DNA of 64,000 nucleotides from Eledone cirrhosa (GCA_964016885.1 OZ024762.1:18476001-18540000), one strand, 5' to 3'; positions 41,105 to 57,862 are shown, counted from the stretch's first letter. Notes: generated by a model from the sequence alone, not told the origin. Numbers and translations: made by a program.

Positions 41105-41191
41105 CCCCCACCTACCCCCCACTCTCCTGAGCGTGAATTTAATAAACATTTATTGTACTGCCTCTCTGTTCTGTCCCTGTTCAAATTTTTC

Positions 41192-41269
<78 letters not shown>

Positions 41270-41271
41270 TT

Positions 41272-41823
<552 letters not shown>

Positions 41824-42531
41824 TGAAGGCGTGTGGCTGAGTGGTTAGAGAATTGGATTTTACAATCGTGAGGTTGGGAGTTCGATTCCTGGACCGGGCG
41901 ATGCGTTATGTCCTTGAGCAAGACACTTTATTTCACGCTGCTCCTTCTACCTGGAGTTGCGACCGATAGATAGTACCAACTGGAAAGACCAATGGAGACA
42001 TTGTTCCTTTATTCTTATACTATACAAGGCCAGCAAATTTGTGGGGATGGGCATTTTGATTAAATGAACCCATTATTTGGTTCACAGAAGGATGAAAGGT
42101 AAAGTTGATTCTGGCAGGATTTGAACTCAAAATGTGATGAGTCAGAACGAGTCAGAACAAACACGACAATGACATTTTATCCGACTCTCTACCAATCCAA
42201 CCCCCACCACCTTATATAATAATATTAAAAGTGGGTATCATAATATAATAAAGGGGGGAGTGCGGGACTGCGTCCTGAATATATATTTTTTATCCCGTTC
42301 GTAAAATAAATTGGATTACTTTGAATAAATAATGAATGAATATTACATAATTTATGTACTAAATTTCGCAACTCTTGCTTGAATATAGATAGTTTTATTG
42401 CTTATTTCAAGATTCACTTCTTTAAAATTTTCAAACGTGAACATTTCCGGTTAGCGTCCTTTATATTATAACACTTATTACATCGCTTATATAAACGTTT
42501 ATATATTTGCATCGTTATATAAAGGTATGGA

Positions 42532-42720
42532 AGGGCGGTGGATTGGCAGTATCGGTAGAGGGTCGGACGCCATGCTTTCCAGCATAGTTACGTCCCTTTA
42601 CGATCTGAGTTCAAATCCCGCCGAGGTTGACTTTGCCTTTCATCCTTACGGGGTCGATAAAATAAAGTACCAGTAATGCACTGGATAATTGCTGGCCTTG
42701 TGCCTAAAGTAGAAGCAGTT
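42532..42720 (+). mobile_element. SINE copy with TSD
   Basis: GTTATATAAAGGTAT flanks both sides. Confidence 0.88.
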
Positions 42721-43423
42721 ATATAAAGGTATATATTTCTGTCGCTAATTTTCTCCTAGTACAGTTTATATATAATATCGTCTTTTTTAAATGTATCATG
42801 GATTACTTACAGAAGACAGTGTAACATAGGCTTTGTTCAATTTCTGTGTATATTGTCAATTACGAGTTTATTTGATATATCATATCTACATGCATATATA
42901 CTTGCGTATAATATCAATATGCACATTACACATGTTAGCAGAAAACCACCTTAAGGGTGATTTTTTTGCTAGTGTTTCTAATAACTTAACAAATAGAACT
43001 GTGTAGAACACAATTGCATTAACTTTAAAAAGAACAGTAAAAACAACAACAACATGACACAACAACAACAACAACAACATAAAATAAAATAAAATAAAAT
43101 AAAATAAAATAAAATAAAATAAAATAAAATAAAATAAAATAAAATAAAATAAAATAATTATGCGACATACTAGAAAGCAAATGAATTAATTCTATATATG
43201 AAAATATATTCTGTGATACTGTAGTTGCGTTCGAAAAGAAACGCGTTTTCATCCCTCCAAGGAAACATTCAAACTCTGAATTACCTTTTACCATATGTTA
43301 AATTTTTAATCTATAATCATGTGATACGGTGAAGTCATAGTAGAGAAAGATCATGAATATCTGAATTTATTAGAAAAGCCAGTATCTATTAAAAAGCAAA
43401 CAAACAGACCGGGACTACAACTT

Positions 43424-43500
<77 letters not shown>

Positions 43501-43561
43501 AAATTTTATAGAAGGAGCTTCTACAGGACTAGTACTGTTTCATTCAGATGAAATCTTCAAA

Positions 43562-43614
43562 GAGCTTCCTGAAGATTTCATCTGAATGAAACAGTACTAG
43601 TCCTGTAGAAGCTC
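43562..43614 (+). ncRNA. Hammerhead ribozyme in fold-back element
   Basis: GAGCTTC CTGAAGA TTTCA-TC-TGAAT GAAA CAG-TACTAGTC-CTG TA GAAGCTC, with a 7-bp stem I. Confidence 0.7.
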
Positions 43615-43700
43615 CTTCTATAAAATAAAAAAATTTTTACTCTGTCATGTATTGAGTACCTTACTTACTGTGGTTATCCCCGACTCAACCCGGGATCTAC

Positions 43701-43778
<78 letters not shown>

Positions 43779-44270
43779 ATACTTTGGGAGGGTCATGTTG
43801 CCAATAAGAAACGAATTCAGAAACGAAATATATATATATATATATATAATATAGAAATGGCTTCTACAGGACTAGATAGAGCTGTTTCATTCGGAGGAAA
43901 TCATGATGATTTCCTCCGAATAAAACAGTTCTAGTCCTGTAGAAGTCATTTCTATATTAAATATTTATACTCTGCTATGTATTGAGTACCTTACTTACTG
44001 TGGTTACCCCCGATTGAACCCGGATAAACATATATATACATATATATATGTATGTATATATATGTATACATATATATGTATATGTATTTATATATATATT
44101 GGAGAAAGTAAGACCCCGACGGCAGCGCTCAAGCCGTTTCGACAGCTATTTCTGGACTAAAGTACTAAAGTTCTTAAGTCTTACTTTCTCCCATTACCCA
44201 CTCTACTACCCTAAGTATTGAGTACTCTGGTGCGTTATGGTCCATCTGGTTCCTTACCACACCTCCTCTG

Positions 44271-44345
<75 letters not shown>

Positions 44346-44708
44346 CATATATATATATACATATATATATATATAAATCACGAGTAAAATCGGGAGCAAC
44401 CACAGTAAAAAAAGGTACTTAATACATTAGTTGTGTAAGCGAATTGGCAGTATCGGTAGAGGGTCGGACGTCATGGTTTGATGCGTAGAGTTACGGCTCT
44501 TGCCATTCTGAGTTCAAATCCCGCCGAGGTTAACTTTGCCTTTCATCCTTACGGGGTCGATAAAATAAAGTACCAGTAATGTACTGGGATAATTGCTGGC
44601 CTTGTGCCAATAGTAGAAACAATTATTTGATATAGAAATGGCTTCTACAGGACTAGAACTGTCTCATTTGCATGAAACCATTTGATGACTGCATACGAAT
44701 GAAACATT

Positions 44709-45470
<762 letters not shown>

Positions 45471-45557
45471 TATATATATATACTTACATACTTACACACA
45501 ATGTATGTATCTGTAATTGCGTTTGTGACATGTGTGTCTATATCTGTGAACTATTGG

Positions 45558-45912
45558 GTATGTGTGAATGTGTAGAAGCATATGTATGTGTGCATGTGTG
45601 AATGTGTAGAAGCATATGTATGTGTGCATGTGTGAATGTGTAGAAGCATATGTATGTGTGCATGTGTGAATGTGTAGAAGCATATGTATGTGTGCATGTG
45701 TGAATGTGTAGAAGCATATGTATGTGTGCATGTGTGAATGTGTAGAAGCATATGTATGTGTGCATGTGTGAATGTGTAGAAGCATATGTATGTGTGCATG
45801 TGTGAATGTGTAGAAGCATATGTATGTGTGCATGTGTGAATGTGTAGAAGCATATGTATGTGTGCATGTGTGAATGTGTAGAAGCATATGTATGTGTCCA
45901 TGTGTGAATGTG
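45558..45912. repeat. 34-bp minisatellite (~10 copies)
   Basis: atgtgtgaatgtgtagaagcatatgtatgtgtgc repeated. Confidence 0.93.
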
Positions 45913-46385
45913 TGCGTCAACCTCTGACGAGCAGCTATACATTTTCATCAGTAATCTTCTTTTCTTTCTCTTGTTCTGGTGAACGTCCTGCCACCTAGCG
46001 ACAATGTACAGAACTTATTTCTACAGTTTTATGCTTCAGGTTAAAACATTGCTTTCCAACGACATTCATTTCCACGGTGCCTGGTTGTTTTTATCATTAA
46101 ACGCAAGCATATACATACGTGTACATACATACACACATACATACATATATATATACGCACGCACACAAATACACACACATAACGTACACATATACACACA
46201 TACACACACACACATATATATATATGAATGCGTATATGCATACATACTTGCATGTAGACATATATACGTCCATATATAAATGTATATGTACGTATATGTA
46301 TACATACAAATATACACGTATACATATACATATACATATGTACATGCACACGCATATGTATACATACACAGGTATATGCATCCAT

Positions 46386-46442
<57 letters not shown>

Positions 46443-46962
46443 ACACCACGCACACATGCAAACACACTTATAAACGCACATACACATGTATGCACACACA
46501 CACGCATGAAAGCGCACACATACACAGATGTAATCACACACACATACATGTAATCACACACACACACGTATAAACGCATACACACACACAGATGTAAACA
46601 CACACACACATACATGTAAACACACACAAATGTAAACGCACACACATATATACATAGACGTAATCACACACACACACACACACACACATGTAAACACACA
46701 CACATATATACACAGACGTAATCACACAAACACACACATACACACACATGTAAACACACACACACATATATACATAGACGTAATCACACAAACACACACT
46801 CACACACACATGTAAACACACACACATATATACATAGACGTAATCACACAAACACACACACACATATATAAACACACACACACACATATACACAGATGTA
46901 ATCACACAAACACACACACACACATGTAAACACACACACATATATACATAGACGTAATCACA

Positions 46963-47025
<63 letters not shown>

Positions 47026-47254
47026 ACACACACATATAAACACACACACACATATATACACAGATGTAATCACACAAACACACACACATGTAAACACATG
47101 CACACACAAATACACACACATGTAAACACATGCACACACACACATGTAAATACACACACACACATATACACACAGATGTAATCACACAAACACACATACA
47201 CACATGTAAACACACACACACACATATACACAGATGTAATCACACAAACACACA

Positions 47255-47685
47255 CACATGTAAAGACATACACACACAAATACACACACATGTAAAGACA
47301 TACACACACAAATACACACACATGTAAAGACATACACACACAAATACACACACATGTAAAGACATACACACACAAATACACACACATGTAAAGACATACA
47401 CACACAAATACACACACATGTAAAGACATACACACACAAATACACACACATGTAAAGACATACACACACAAATACACACACATGTAAAGACATACACACA
47501 CAAATACACACACATGTAAAGACATACACACACAAATACACACACATGTAAAGACATACACACACAAATACACACACATGTAAAGACATACACACACAAA
47601 TACACACACATGTAAAGACATACACACACAAATACACACACATGTAAACACATACACACACAAATACACACACATGTAAAGACAT
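47255..47685. repeat. 32-bp minisatellite
   Basis: catgtaaagacatacacacacaaatacacaca repeated. Confidence 0.9.
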
Positions 47686-48682
47686 GCAGGTAAGTCTCAT
47701 GTAGAATGACCAGCAATCTCTATTTCTGTTGGCCGACATATAACGGATATTACAACTGTAGAGTTGTAATATCACAACAACAACAACAACAATAACAACG
47801 CCAACACCACTGCCACCTCCACCACCACTACCACTACCAACTCTGCTACTACTACCACTACCACCACCACTACTACCACTACCATTACCATTACCACTAC
47901 ATCCCTCCATCAACAGCAACACCGCCACCACTACCACTGCCACCACCACCACCACTACCACCATCACCACCACCACCACCTCCACTACTACTACCACTAC
48001 CACCACCACTACCACTGCCATCACCACTACCACCATCACCACCACCACCACTACCACCACCACCACCACCACCACTACCACTACCACCACCATCACCACT
48101 ACCACCACTATCACCACCACCACCACTACCACCACCACTACCACCACCACCACCACCACCACCACTACCACCACCACCACCACTACCACCACCGCCATCA
48201 CCACCACCACTACCGCTACCACCGCCATCACCACCACCACCGCCATCACCACCCTCCACCACCACCCTCCACCACCACCACCACCACCACCACCACAGCC
48301 ATCACCACTACCACCACCACCACCACCCTCCACCACCACCCTCCACCACCACCACCACCACCACCACCACCACCACCACCACCACCACCACCACGAACGA
48401 CAACAGCACCACCACCACCACTACCACCGCCATCACCACCACCACCCTCCACCACCACCACCACCACCATCATCATCACCACCACCACCACCACCACCAC
48501 CACCCTCCACCACCACCACCACCACCACCAACAACAACAGGAAGAACAGCAACCAGAACAAGAGTAGCCATAAAAGTCTCACAGCAGAAATAGCAGTCTA
48601 TATCTGCTCTGTTCTTTATTATATAAATTTCTTTCTATAGTCAGCTTTGTGATAACATCTTTCCAATGTCGTGAGATACTCG

Positions 48683-48943
<261 letters not shown>

Positions 48944-49071
48944 GTATATATATATATATATATATGTATATATACTCACGCACACATATATATATGTATA
49001 TATATAAATATATGAGTATATACATTTATATACTTATATATGAGTGTATATATATATATATAAATACACAC

Positions 49072-49119
<48 letters not shown>

Positions 49120-49191
49120 ACACACACACATATATCATTATATAAAACATAGGAAACATGGACAAAATAGAACCGACAACAGAATACATAC

Positions 49192-49224
<33 letters not shown>

Positions 49225-49562
49225 TGTATGTATGTATGTATGTATGTTTTCTCTTTCTCTTAATTTCGAGTATATTTTTTTGACCGGCCACCTTCCTGGT
49301 GGCAAGGTTGTAAAAGAAAAGAAATTGTCATCCCTTGAATCGCAAGAATGTTTTGCATATTTTGAAGGTGCCAGCTATTGCAGCCATTTATAGACTATGA
49401 ATTAGGGAGCTGCGCTTTTTGTCCGCAAATCCAAGTTCGATCATACTTTGGTCCGTATGTATGTATGTATGTATGTATGTGTACGTATGTGTATGTAGGT
49501 ACGAATGTATGTACGCATGTGTGTGTGTATAAATATATTTATTTATATATAATATATATATA

Positions 49563-50116
49563 TCATGATCGTATTCCAAAGCAACTTCTCTACAGAAAAC
49601 TGTGTCAAGGAAGGCGACCACCACACAAACCAAAAATGTGGTGCCTGGACTGTCTCAGGGGCACCTTGGCTTGCGCTGGAATATCGTCTGACGAATGGGA
49701 GAAAATGACTGAAGAACGTGTGAAGTGGAAACGTTAGATCAAGCTGAGTAGTGACTCTGTAACTCGTCGAAGAGAACAGCTAACACTGATAAGGAAGGTG
49801 AGGATAAGAGACTGTTCTGAACTGTTGAACATCATCTGGTTTGCCAGCACTGTCGTCGAGTCTGCCTGAGTAGAGCTGGTTTGATTAGACACGAACAAAG
49901 TCATATCAGTAGACCTCGTAGGTTATGATCTGCAAAAGGTGTAAGGAATGTGCTAGCATGGGAGGTCTTAAAAGACACATGAGAACACACAGCCTACAGT
50001 TGCCATGTATGTGCCAGAGGGTGCAAGTCTTTGGCTGGTTTAAAGAGCCACATTCGTGCTTCACATCTTTTAGCATTTTATCAGGCGATGTCAATGCTCG
50101 AACACGAGTTTGCGGC

Positions 50117-50165
<49 letters not shown>
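49563..50165 (+). mobile_element. RTE-like LINE 3' end with C2H2 fingers and (CAT)n tail
   Basis: DRIPKQLLYRKLCQGRRP...W, then CQHCRRVCLSRAGLIRH and CKRCKECASMGGLKRHMRTH. Confidence 0.75.
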
Positions 50166-50167
<2 letters not shown>

Positions 50168-50330
50168 ATATATATATATATATATATACGTAGGTCCCGG
50201 GTTGAGTCGGGGATAACCACAGTAAGTAAGGTACTCAATACATGGCAGAGTAAAATTTTTTATTTTATAGAAGGAGCTTCTACAGGACTAGTACTGTTTC
50301 ATTCAGATGAAATCTTCAGATGAAATCTTC

Positions 50331-50381
50331 AGCTTCCTGAAGATTTCATCTGAATGAAACAGTACTAGTCCTGTAGAAGCT
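50331..50381 (+). ncRNA. Hammerhead ribozyme in fold-back element (same family as 43562)
   Basis: AGCTTC CTGAAGA...GAAA CAG...CTG TA GAAGCT. Confidence 0.68.
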
Positions 50382-51016
50382 CCTTCTACAAAATAAAAAA
50401 AACAAAAAATATATATATATATATAAATAAAAACATAATCTGAGGTTTTCGAATACTAATAATAATATTCGATTCGTTTGCAGTTACAGAAAAAACCCCT
50501 TTAAACCCATGTCAGTAGAATGACACCGCCATTCTTGATATATTTGTATGTATGTATATTTCTGTTCATATCTATATTTACGTTTGGGTCTGTGTTTGAT
50601 TTCTGTAACGCATCGACATAAAATGATATTGAACTTGAAACCTTATAATTATGAAGCGGCTGCTTTAACCACAAAGCTAATACTGCAATACACTCTTTCG
50701 TCTTTGAAGTCAATAAATAGCTTATTTGGTACAAGACTTTCATATTGATCGGAACATAACAAACACGTAAGAAATGCAATCTGTAAGTGGAACAATAAAA
50801 CTGTACGAACACTTTCTAAAGTTCAGCATGTGACAAACACCAATTCCGATGATGGAGAGTTTTGTTTTTATTTGTTAGAAACCAGTCCCCCGTCTTCACA
50901 GGAATATATGCATATATATATATATATATATATATTTAATATAGAAATAGCTTCTACAGGACTAGAACTGTTTCATTCGAAGGAAATCATCGGCAAATTT
51001 TCTTCGAAAAAGCCAT

Positions 51017-51067
<51 letters not shown>

Positions 51068-52218
51068 CAATGAGTTATTTAATTTGTTGATTATTCAACA
51101 AATTTAATTTATAACAGATTAGAAGCACTCAACAAATTTCTTCTGGAGTATAATATCAATAATATTAATAAATGGAAATTATCTTTATAAAACAAATATG
51201 GTTTTATAAAGATAGCTTCCATTTATTAATATTATATTACATATATATTACACACATATATATATAATATTGAAAAGAAGACAAAAGACTGCTAATTATA
51301 TTATAAGAATGTAGATATAATGTAATTTATATAAATGGTTTTCCTTTCTTTAAATGTTTGTATGTATATGTATATATATATTGTTTTGAAGGAAATTGTT
51401 GTAATCTATTTTGTTAGTACGTAACTAATTATATATCCTTTGAGATGGAAGAAACGTGCGTTAATTAAAATATATAATTGACAATATTTGGTTTTCTTTT
51501 CAATGTAATATTTGCTCTATGAGCGTACGTCTAAAATAAAGAGTTCATACAAATAGAATTATATGTAGCCTTCTGAGTAGTTTACAGTAACAAATCTCAC
51601 ATTTTGAGTTGTAATAACTTCTTCACCAATCTGATTTCCTATTCGAAAAGGTATTTATGTATAAAACCTACGATCAATATTCGAATGGAAAGAAATGCAC
51701 TAGAATGGCTAATTTAAAAGCCTGGATTCCAATATCATAACGGCCAGTTTCATTATTTCTTTCAAATTAAATCTATGTCCTCACAAGACAAACACACTTA
51801 GACTCACACACACACATACATATATTGCACACGTATTTTCCCCGTTTTATTATATCCATATTCGCACACATCTTTCACTACATAAACTTATATTCATGCA
51901 TACGCATACAAACATTCACGCACACACATACATATATCATACATACATCATACATTTCACAACGCGCATGTTCGACATTTTAACGTCATTTCATTTCATT
52001 TAACTTAAATCTGCTCCCATACAAATAAGTCTATCCGATCAATTTTTTACGTCTCTCATAGGGTCACTCCCTTGATAATGGGATCGTTAAATTTGGTAAG
52101 GTAAGATTCTTTTGTTATCTTGCCAATTTAACATTCTTCATATTGCATTGTGTTGGTCTTCAAAATTTAAATTTGTGTCCCCTATTAAACAATGCTTCAA
52201 GCAAGCTAGAAAACTCTG

Positions 52219-52316
<98 letters not shown>

Positions 52317-52365
52317 TCGTTGACAAATATATCAATGTGCCCAGACACGCAGATATATTGCCCTT

Positions 52366-52412
52366 GGCTCTGATGATTCCTGCCTTAGGGTATGGATGAA
52401 ACACTGTTAGCT
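52366..52412 (+). ncRNA. Hammerhead ribozyme motif
   Basis: GGCT CTGATGA TTCCTGCC-TTAG-GGTATGGAT GAAA CA-C-TG TT AGCT, then AATAAA. Confidence 0.6.
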
Positions 52413-52455
52413 AATAAAACAATGTATTTCTAAGCACTCTTTGGTTATTCCTAAA

Positions 52456-52539
<84 letters not shown>

Positions 52540-52759
52540 TCAGTTTGGAAACCTCAACAATGGAGATGTGTAAATCTCCGGGTAATAGAATCAGGTGGTA
52601 ATGAGAGAGATGCAAGAGGAAGTGTAGAAAGAGACGTAGAGTGCGAAAAGGAACGTAGGAAAAGTGTAAAAATAATAACACGAGATAGAATTACCTTGGA
52701 AGTGAATTAATTGTCCCTATATTTCGGATTTCGCATCCATCAACATCACAACTAATAAG

Positions 52760-53017
52760 TAAGGGGTGTAGTCTATAGTAACTTTAATACTCTGGTGGAT
52801 GCTTTCCATGGTGTTCTATAATTCCTGACTGTTCTCCTGTGGGGGTGTTTCACTAAGATATTTATGTCATCTACGTACATGTAATTGTTCCTTAAGTTTT
52901 CTGTCCCTCCATACCATAAAGAGGTTAGCTATGACAACTGCAATGCTAACGTCAGTGGCAGCTCCTTCCTCTTGGGCATATGTTTTGCCATTAAATTTGT
53001 ACATATGTTCCTTAAGG
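52760..53017 (-). pseudogene. Penelope-like element reverse-transcriptase relic
   Basis: The - strand reads LKEHMYKFNGKTYAQEEGAA...IANLFMVW, then after a frameshift YVDDINI, then SIHQSIKVTIDY. These are PLE RT motifs. Confidence 0.75.
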
Positions 53018-53222
53018 GGCATCACATATATTATATATTAGAAATAGAATCTTTTGCTGTATTTTTTCCTGATAGTGGGGTTTAAAACCTTCTAAGAAAT
53101 GGAAAAAGATGAGTATTTTTTCATTTTTTAGAGGGTTCTAAACACCACTATCAGGCTAAAAGTTTATTTAGTAAAAAATACGGCGAAAGATTCTATTTCT
53201 AATTTCAAACTCGCTTGCTGTT

Positions 53223-53260
<38 letters not shown>

Positions 53261-53363
53261 ATAATAATAAATTTCAAGACTAAAATCCGAAGAGGGCTCG
53301 ATAAGGATAAATATATATCAAATATATAAGAACCGTAGAGCAAATATTTATTAAAATAACAGA

Positions 53364-53422
<59 letters not shown>

Positions 53423-53577
53423 TGAAGATTTGATCAGGGGTAAACAATGTAATGGAGATCGAATGACGCAACTTCGAGCGATTAGCAGCCTCTAGACGCA
53501 CCTGGTCAATGAAACAATTGTTAATACCTGAAATAAAGCCCCTTGTTGTACAGACAACCATGTTACTCTTCATTCTT

Positions 53578-53644
<67 letters not shown>

Positions 53645-53955
53645 ATATAGTATATATATGTTTATATATATATATATATATATATAATATAAGATCAAAA
53701 GATGGTTAAAGGAGTTCCATGTATTTTATTATGCGCATTTCAAAAACAAACATCATCATGCAATAATATTTGTGTTTTCATCAGATAAAACAGATAAAAC
53801 AGGAGAACATGATATGAAGGCTAAAAAACACTTGTGGATAGTGCAGTTTTAAATCAACTTATCTTATATTATGTATACTCCAGTCCTACAAACTGTAGAG
53901 TGCTTCTTATCCGATATCTGCATTGCTTTATTGTACTACAATAAAACTCACCTCC

Positions 53956-54016
<61 letters not shown>

Positions 54017-54090
54017 CTGTGTGTATATAGTATATATATGTTTATATATATATATATAAAGAAATAGGATTTCGCTCTGGAGATACGAAA

Positions 54091-54217
<127 letters not shown>

Positions 54218-54621
54218 GTGTAAATAGTCGAAGGGATAAGAATGGTTTTAGAAGGAGATAGAAGGAGTGGGCTTTGTTATATCCTTTGTATGTCTGTATG
54301 TAGGGTCCCATACTCACACACAGGTTCACATACACACGCATACACACTTTCTCTCTTTCTTTACACCCACACAGATATCGCTTAGCCCGACTCGAAGATT
54401 CTATCACCTCACCCTACCCAACCCCAGAGACCACTTACACCACTTATTTTCTTTCAATTTTCTTATATATCTGTGAATAATAGTTTAATGTCTACACACA
54501 CATGCACACACACACACACACACGCACACACACGCAGACAGTCATGCGTAAATACACCACACATTCATATAAATATTTGTAGTATATATATATATATACA
54601 CACACATATATATATATATAT

Positions 54622-54708
<87 letters not shown>

Positions 54709-54754
54709 CATAATTATATATATATATACATATATATTTATATATATACATACA

Positions 54755-54789
<35 letters not shown>

Positions 54790-54857
54790 TTATATATATA
54801 CATACATAATTATATATATATACATATATATTTATATATATACATACATAATTATAA

Positions 54858-54901
<44 letters not shown>

Positions 54902-55265
54902 TTATACATACAAATACATTTACATATAGACACACATACACATACAGATATATTATTATCACTCAGAGATATATAGAAAAAAAAATTGGAATGCACAAAA
55001 GAAAACGAATTGAGAGTACAATAAGCTTAGCGCTGAGATTTGTATATGTCTATAGATATCTTAAGACAGGTGTTTTGGAAAGTATTTTCAAGAGTCATTC
55101 AAGGTTCTTTTATGATGTTTATATAAAGGCAATCTATATGACGCGAAACGTTTTTCTGAAATATTTTATAGCTTAAAGCTTTTTGGGACCGTGTTTTGTA
55201 ATTTAAATCATACACAGGGTTCCCTAAAAGTAAAATAAAAACAAAAATAAAAACAAAACAGAAAG

Positions 55266-55323
55266 ATGAAATTCGTCCAGTCGGTTACAGTTTCAATAGT
55301 GCTTGCATTAATCATGGCAGAAG
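55266..55323 (+). CDS. Probable first exon (signal peptide MKFVQSVTVSIVLALIMAE-G) of an unidentified secreted or membrane protein
   Basis: AAGATG start, basic N-region plus hydrophobic core, AG|GTACGT donor (phase 1), and a TATATAAA-like box near 55120. Downstream exons were not found in the window. Confidence 0.5.
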
Positions 55324-56020
55324 GTACGTATGTATAAATGTATATATATATATAAAGTGTATATGTATGTAAAAGGCGGAGTCGTTAGAACGTTAGGTAG
55401 AATGCTTGGCAGTATTCGTTAAGGTTACTCTTTTACTCTTTTACCTGTTCCAGCCATCCGGCTGAGGTCATGTTGGGGCACTGCCCTTAAAGTGTTGTGC
55501 CAACCTCCGGATGCCGAAACCCGGGTTCTCTACTCTTTGAATTCAAATTCCGCCGAGGTCAACTTTACTTTTGAACCATTCGATAAAAAAAGTACCAGTC
55601 TAGTACTGGGATTGATTCTTCACCTTATTTCTCTATATTTCTTTCTCACTACCATTTTCTCAACCTCGCTATCATTCTCTGAAAAAACAAAACAATTTGC
55701 TGTATTAGGACCTGAAGAAGAGATGGGCTCTGCCAGGTTTAAAATTGCTCTAGAAATGACGTATGTCAATACAATGCCCCTAACACTTTCTCAGGAGTTA
55801 CGGGACCATACTTGCATATGTTTGTAAATTAAATTACCAGTAGCACTGACACATCATGACTCAGATTAGAAGGCAAATATGGAATATATATATATATAAT
55901 ATGTTTATGTATGATAAAGTTGGAGTGGCGGAATCCCTAGATATTGTATTTAAAGAGGAAAATAGATTGTGTTCGTTTGTCGTTTATGTCCTTTTTCACA
56001 TGCCTACCCCATTGGTCATA

Positions 56021-56100
<80 letters not shown>

Positions 56101-56179
56101 ATAATAATAAATTTGAAGACTAAAATCCAAAGAGGGCTCGATAAGGATAAATATATATCAAATATATAAGAACCGTAGA

Positions 56180-56228
<49 letters not shown>

Positions 56229-56261
56229 GTGTGTAATGTGAGTTTTTCGAATATTAATAAT

Positions 56262-56445
56262 TCTTTCTACTTTTGGCACAAGGCCACCAATTACCCAGTA
56301 CATTACTGGTACTTTATTTTATCGACTCCGTAATGATGAAAGGCAAAGTTAACCTCGGCTGGATTTGAACTCAGAATGGCAAGTGCCGAAACTCTATGCG
56401 TCAAAGCATGGCGTCCGACCCTCTACCGATACTGCCAATCCACCG
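56262..56445 (-). mobile_element. SINE copy
   Basis: Reverse complement of the dominant SINE (GACGCATAGAG subfamily). Confidence 0.85.
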
Positions 56446-56560
56446 ATTATTAATAATAACATTCGATTCGTTTGCAATTATGCAAACAAGCCTCAATTTT
56501 ATAGCCATGTCAGTAGAATGAACCCTTCTTTCTTGCTCTTGTGTTGGCATGTGAACAGAA

Positions 56561-56604
56561 CTGCAGACACTAATGTTTCTGGGTATCACCCTTCATCAGT
56601 ACAG
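56561..56604 (-). ncRNA. Hammerhead ribozyme motif
   Basis: The - strand reads CTGTA CTGATGA AGGGT-GAT-ACCCA GAAA CA-TTAG-TG TC TGCAG. Confidence 0.65.
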
Positions 56605-56837
56605 CTCACTGTTCACCTGCCAAACTGTCAGAGCTAGTGGAAATATAAAGTTTTCTTATATATATTAATACATACATAGACACATACATGCATATATACA
56701 TAGTATGAACTAATATGACTTTTTGACTTTGTATCTCTGCGTTTGTCTTATCTATTCTTCAACTATAGATATATATTCCTAATTTATAATTCTTATATAT
56801 GTGTCTATATATGAATGTATATGTATGAATATATACA

Positions 56838-56955
<118 letters not shown>

Positions 56956-57288
56956 TGTATGTATGTATGTATGTATGTATGTATGTATATATATATATAT
57001 ATTTGTATGTATATATGCCTGTGTCTGAGTGTGTGTGTGTATGTATGTATATAAATCTAAAAGAAAGTGTACTGTATATACATGAAGGCACGACGTTTAG
57101 TAGTTAAGGTGTTCGGCAGATGATCATAATGTCTACTACAAGACTAGAACTGCTCCTGTTCCATTCCTGGTGATCTCAAACGAATGAAACACTTCTACCT
57201 GAAACAAGTTATGTATATATACGGCAAAACCTATAAAAACAATGAAAGTTCCTAAAAAAAACCTTTAAGTTTGGAAAAATACAATAAC

Positions 57289-57476
57289 TGTTTCTACTTT
57301 TGGCACAAGGCCAGCAATTACCCAGTGCATTACTGGTACTTTATTTTATCGACCCCGTAAGGATGAAAGGCAAAGTTAACCTCGGCGGGATTTGAACTCA
57401 GAATGGCAAGGGCCGTAACTCTATGCGTCAAAGCATGGCGTCTGACCCTCTACCGATACTGCCAACCCACCACCCA
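57289..57476 (-). mobile_element. SINE copy with 19-bp TSD
   Basis: TTTGGAAAAATACAATAAC on both sides. Confidence 0.9.
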
Positions 57477-57575
57477 TTTGGAAAAATACAATAACGTCTT
57501 CGAGAAAGATTTTTTTTCTTCTTGATGCAGCCAAAAGGTTCTGTTTAGGAACTTTCATTGTTTTTATAGGTTTTG

Positions 57576-57633
57576 CCGTCTGAAGAGCTAAGGCTGTCAT
57601 AACTGATAGTCCTCAGTGAAATATGTATAACGG
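57576..57633 (+). ncRNA. Hammerhead ribozyme motif
   Basis: CCGT CTGAAGA GCTAAGGCTGTCA-TAAC-TGATAGTCCTCAGT GAAA TATGTA TA ACGG. Confidence 0.55.
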
Positions 57634-57862
57634 AGTTTTAAATAAACCTGAATCAACTGAATATGGCCGCCTATCTTTTATTAATAACGATCAAGCCGCC
57701 TCCCCTCTTCAAAAACGAAGGAGAGGCGGTGTTTCTGTGCGTAATCTTTCTCTATACCCACTCTGTATTTTCCCATGTATTGAGTACTCCCATGATTTGT
57801 GGCCTCCACGGTCTCAGCACAGCAGACTCTCTCTCTCTCTATCTCTCTCTCTCCTCTCTCTT

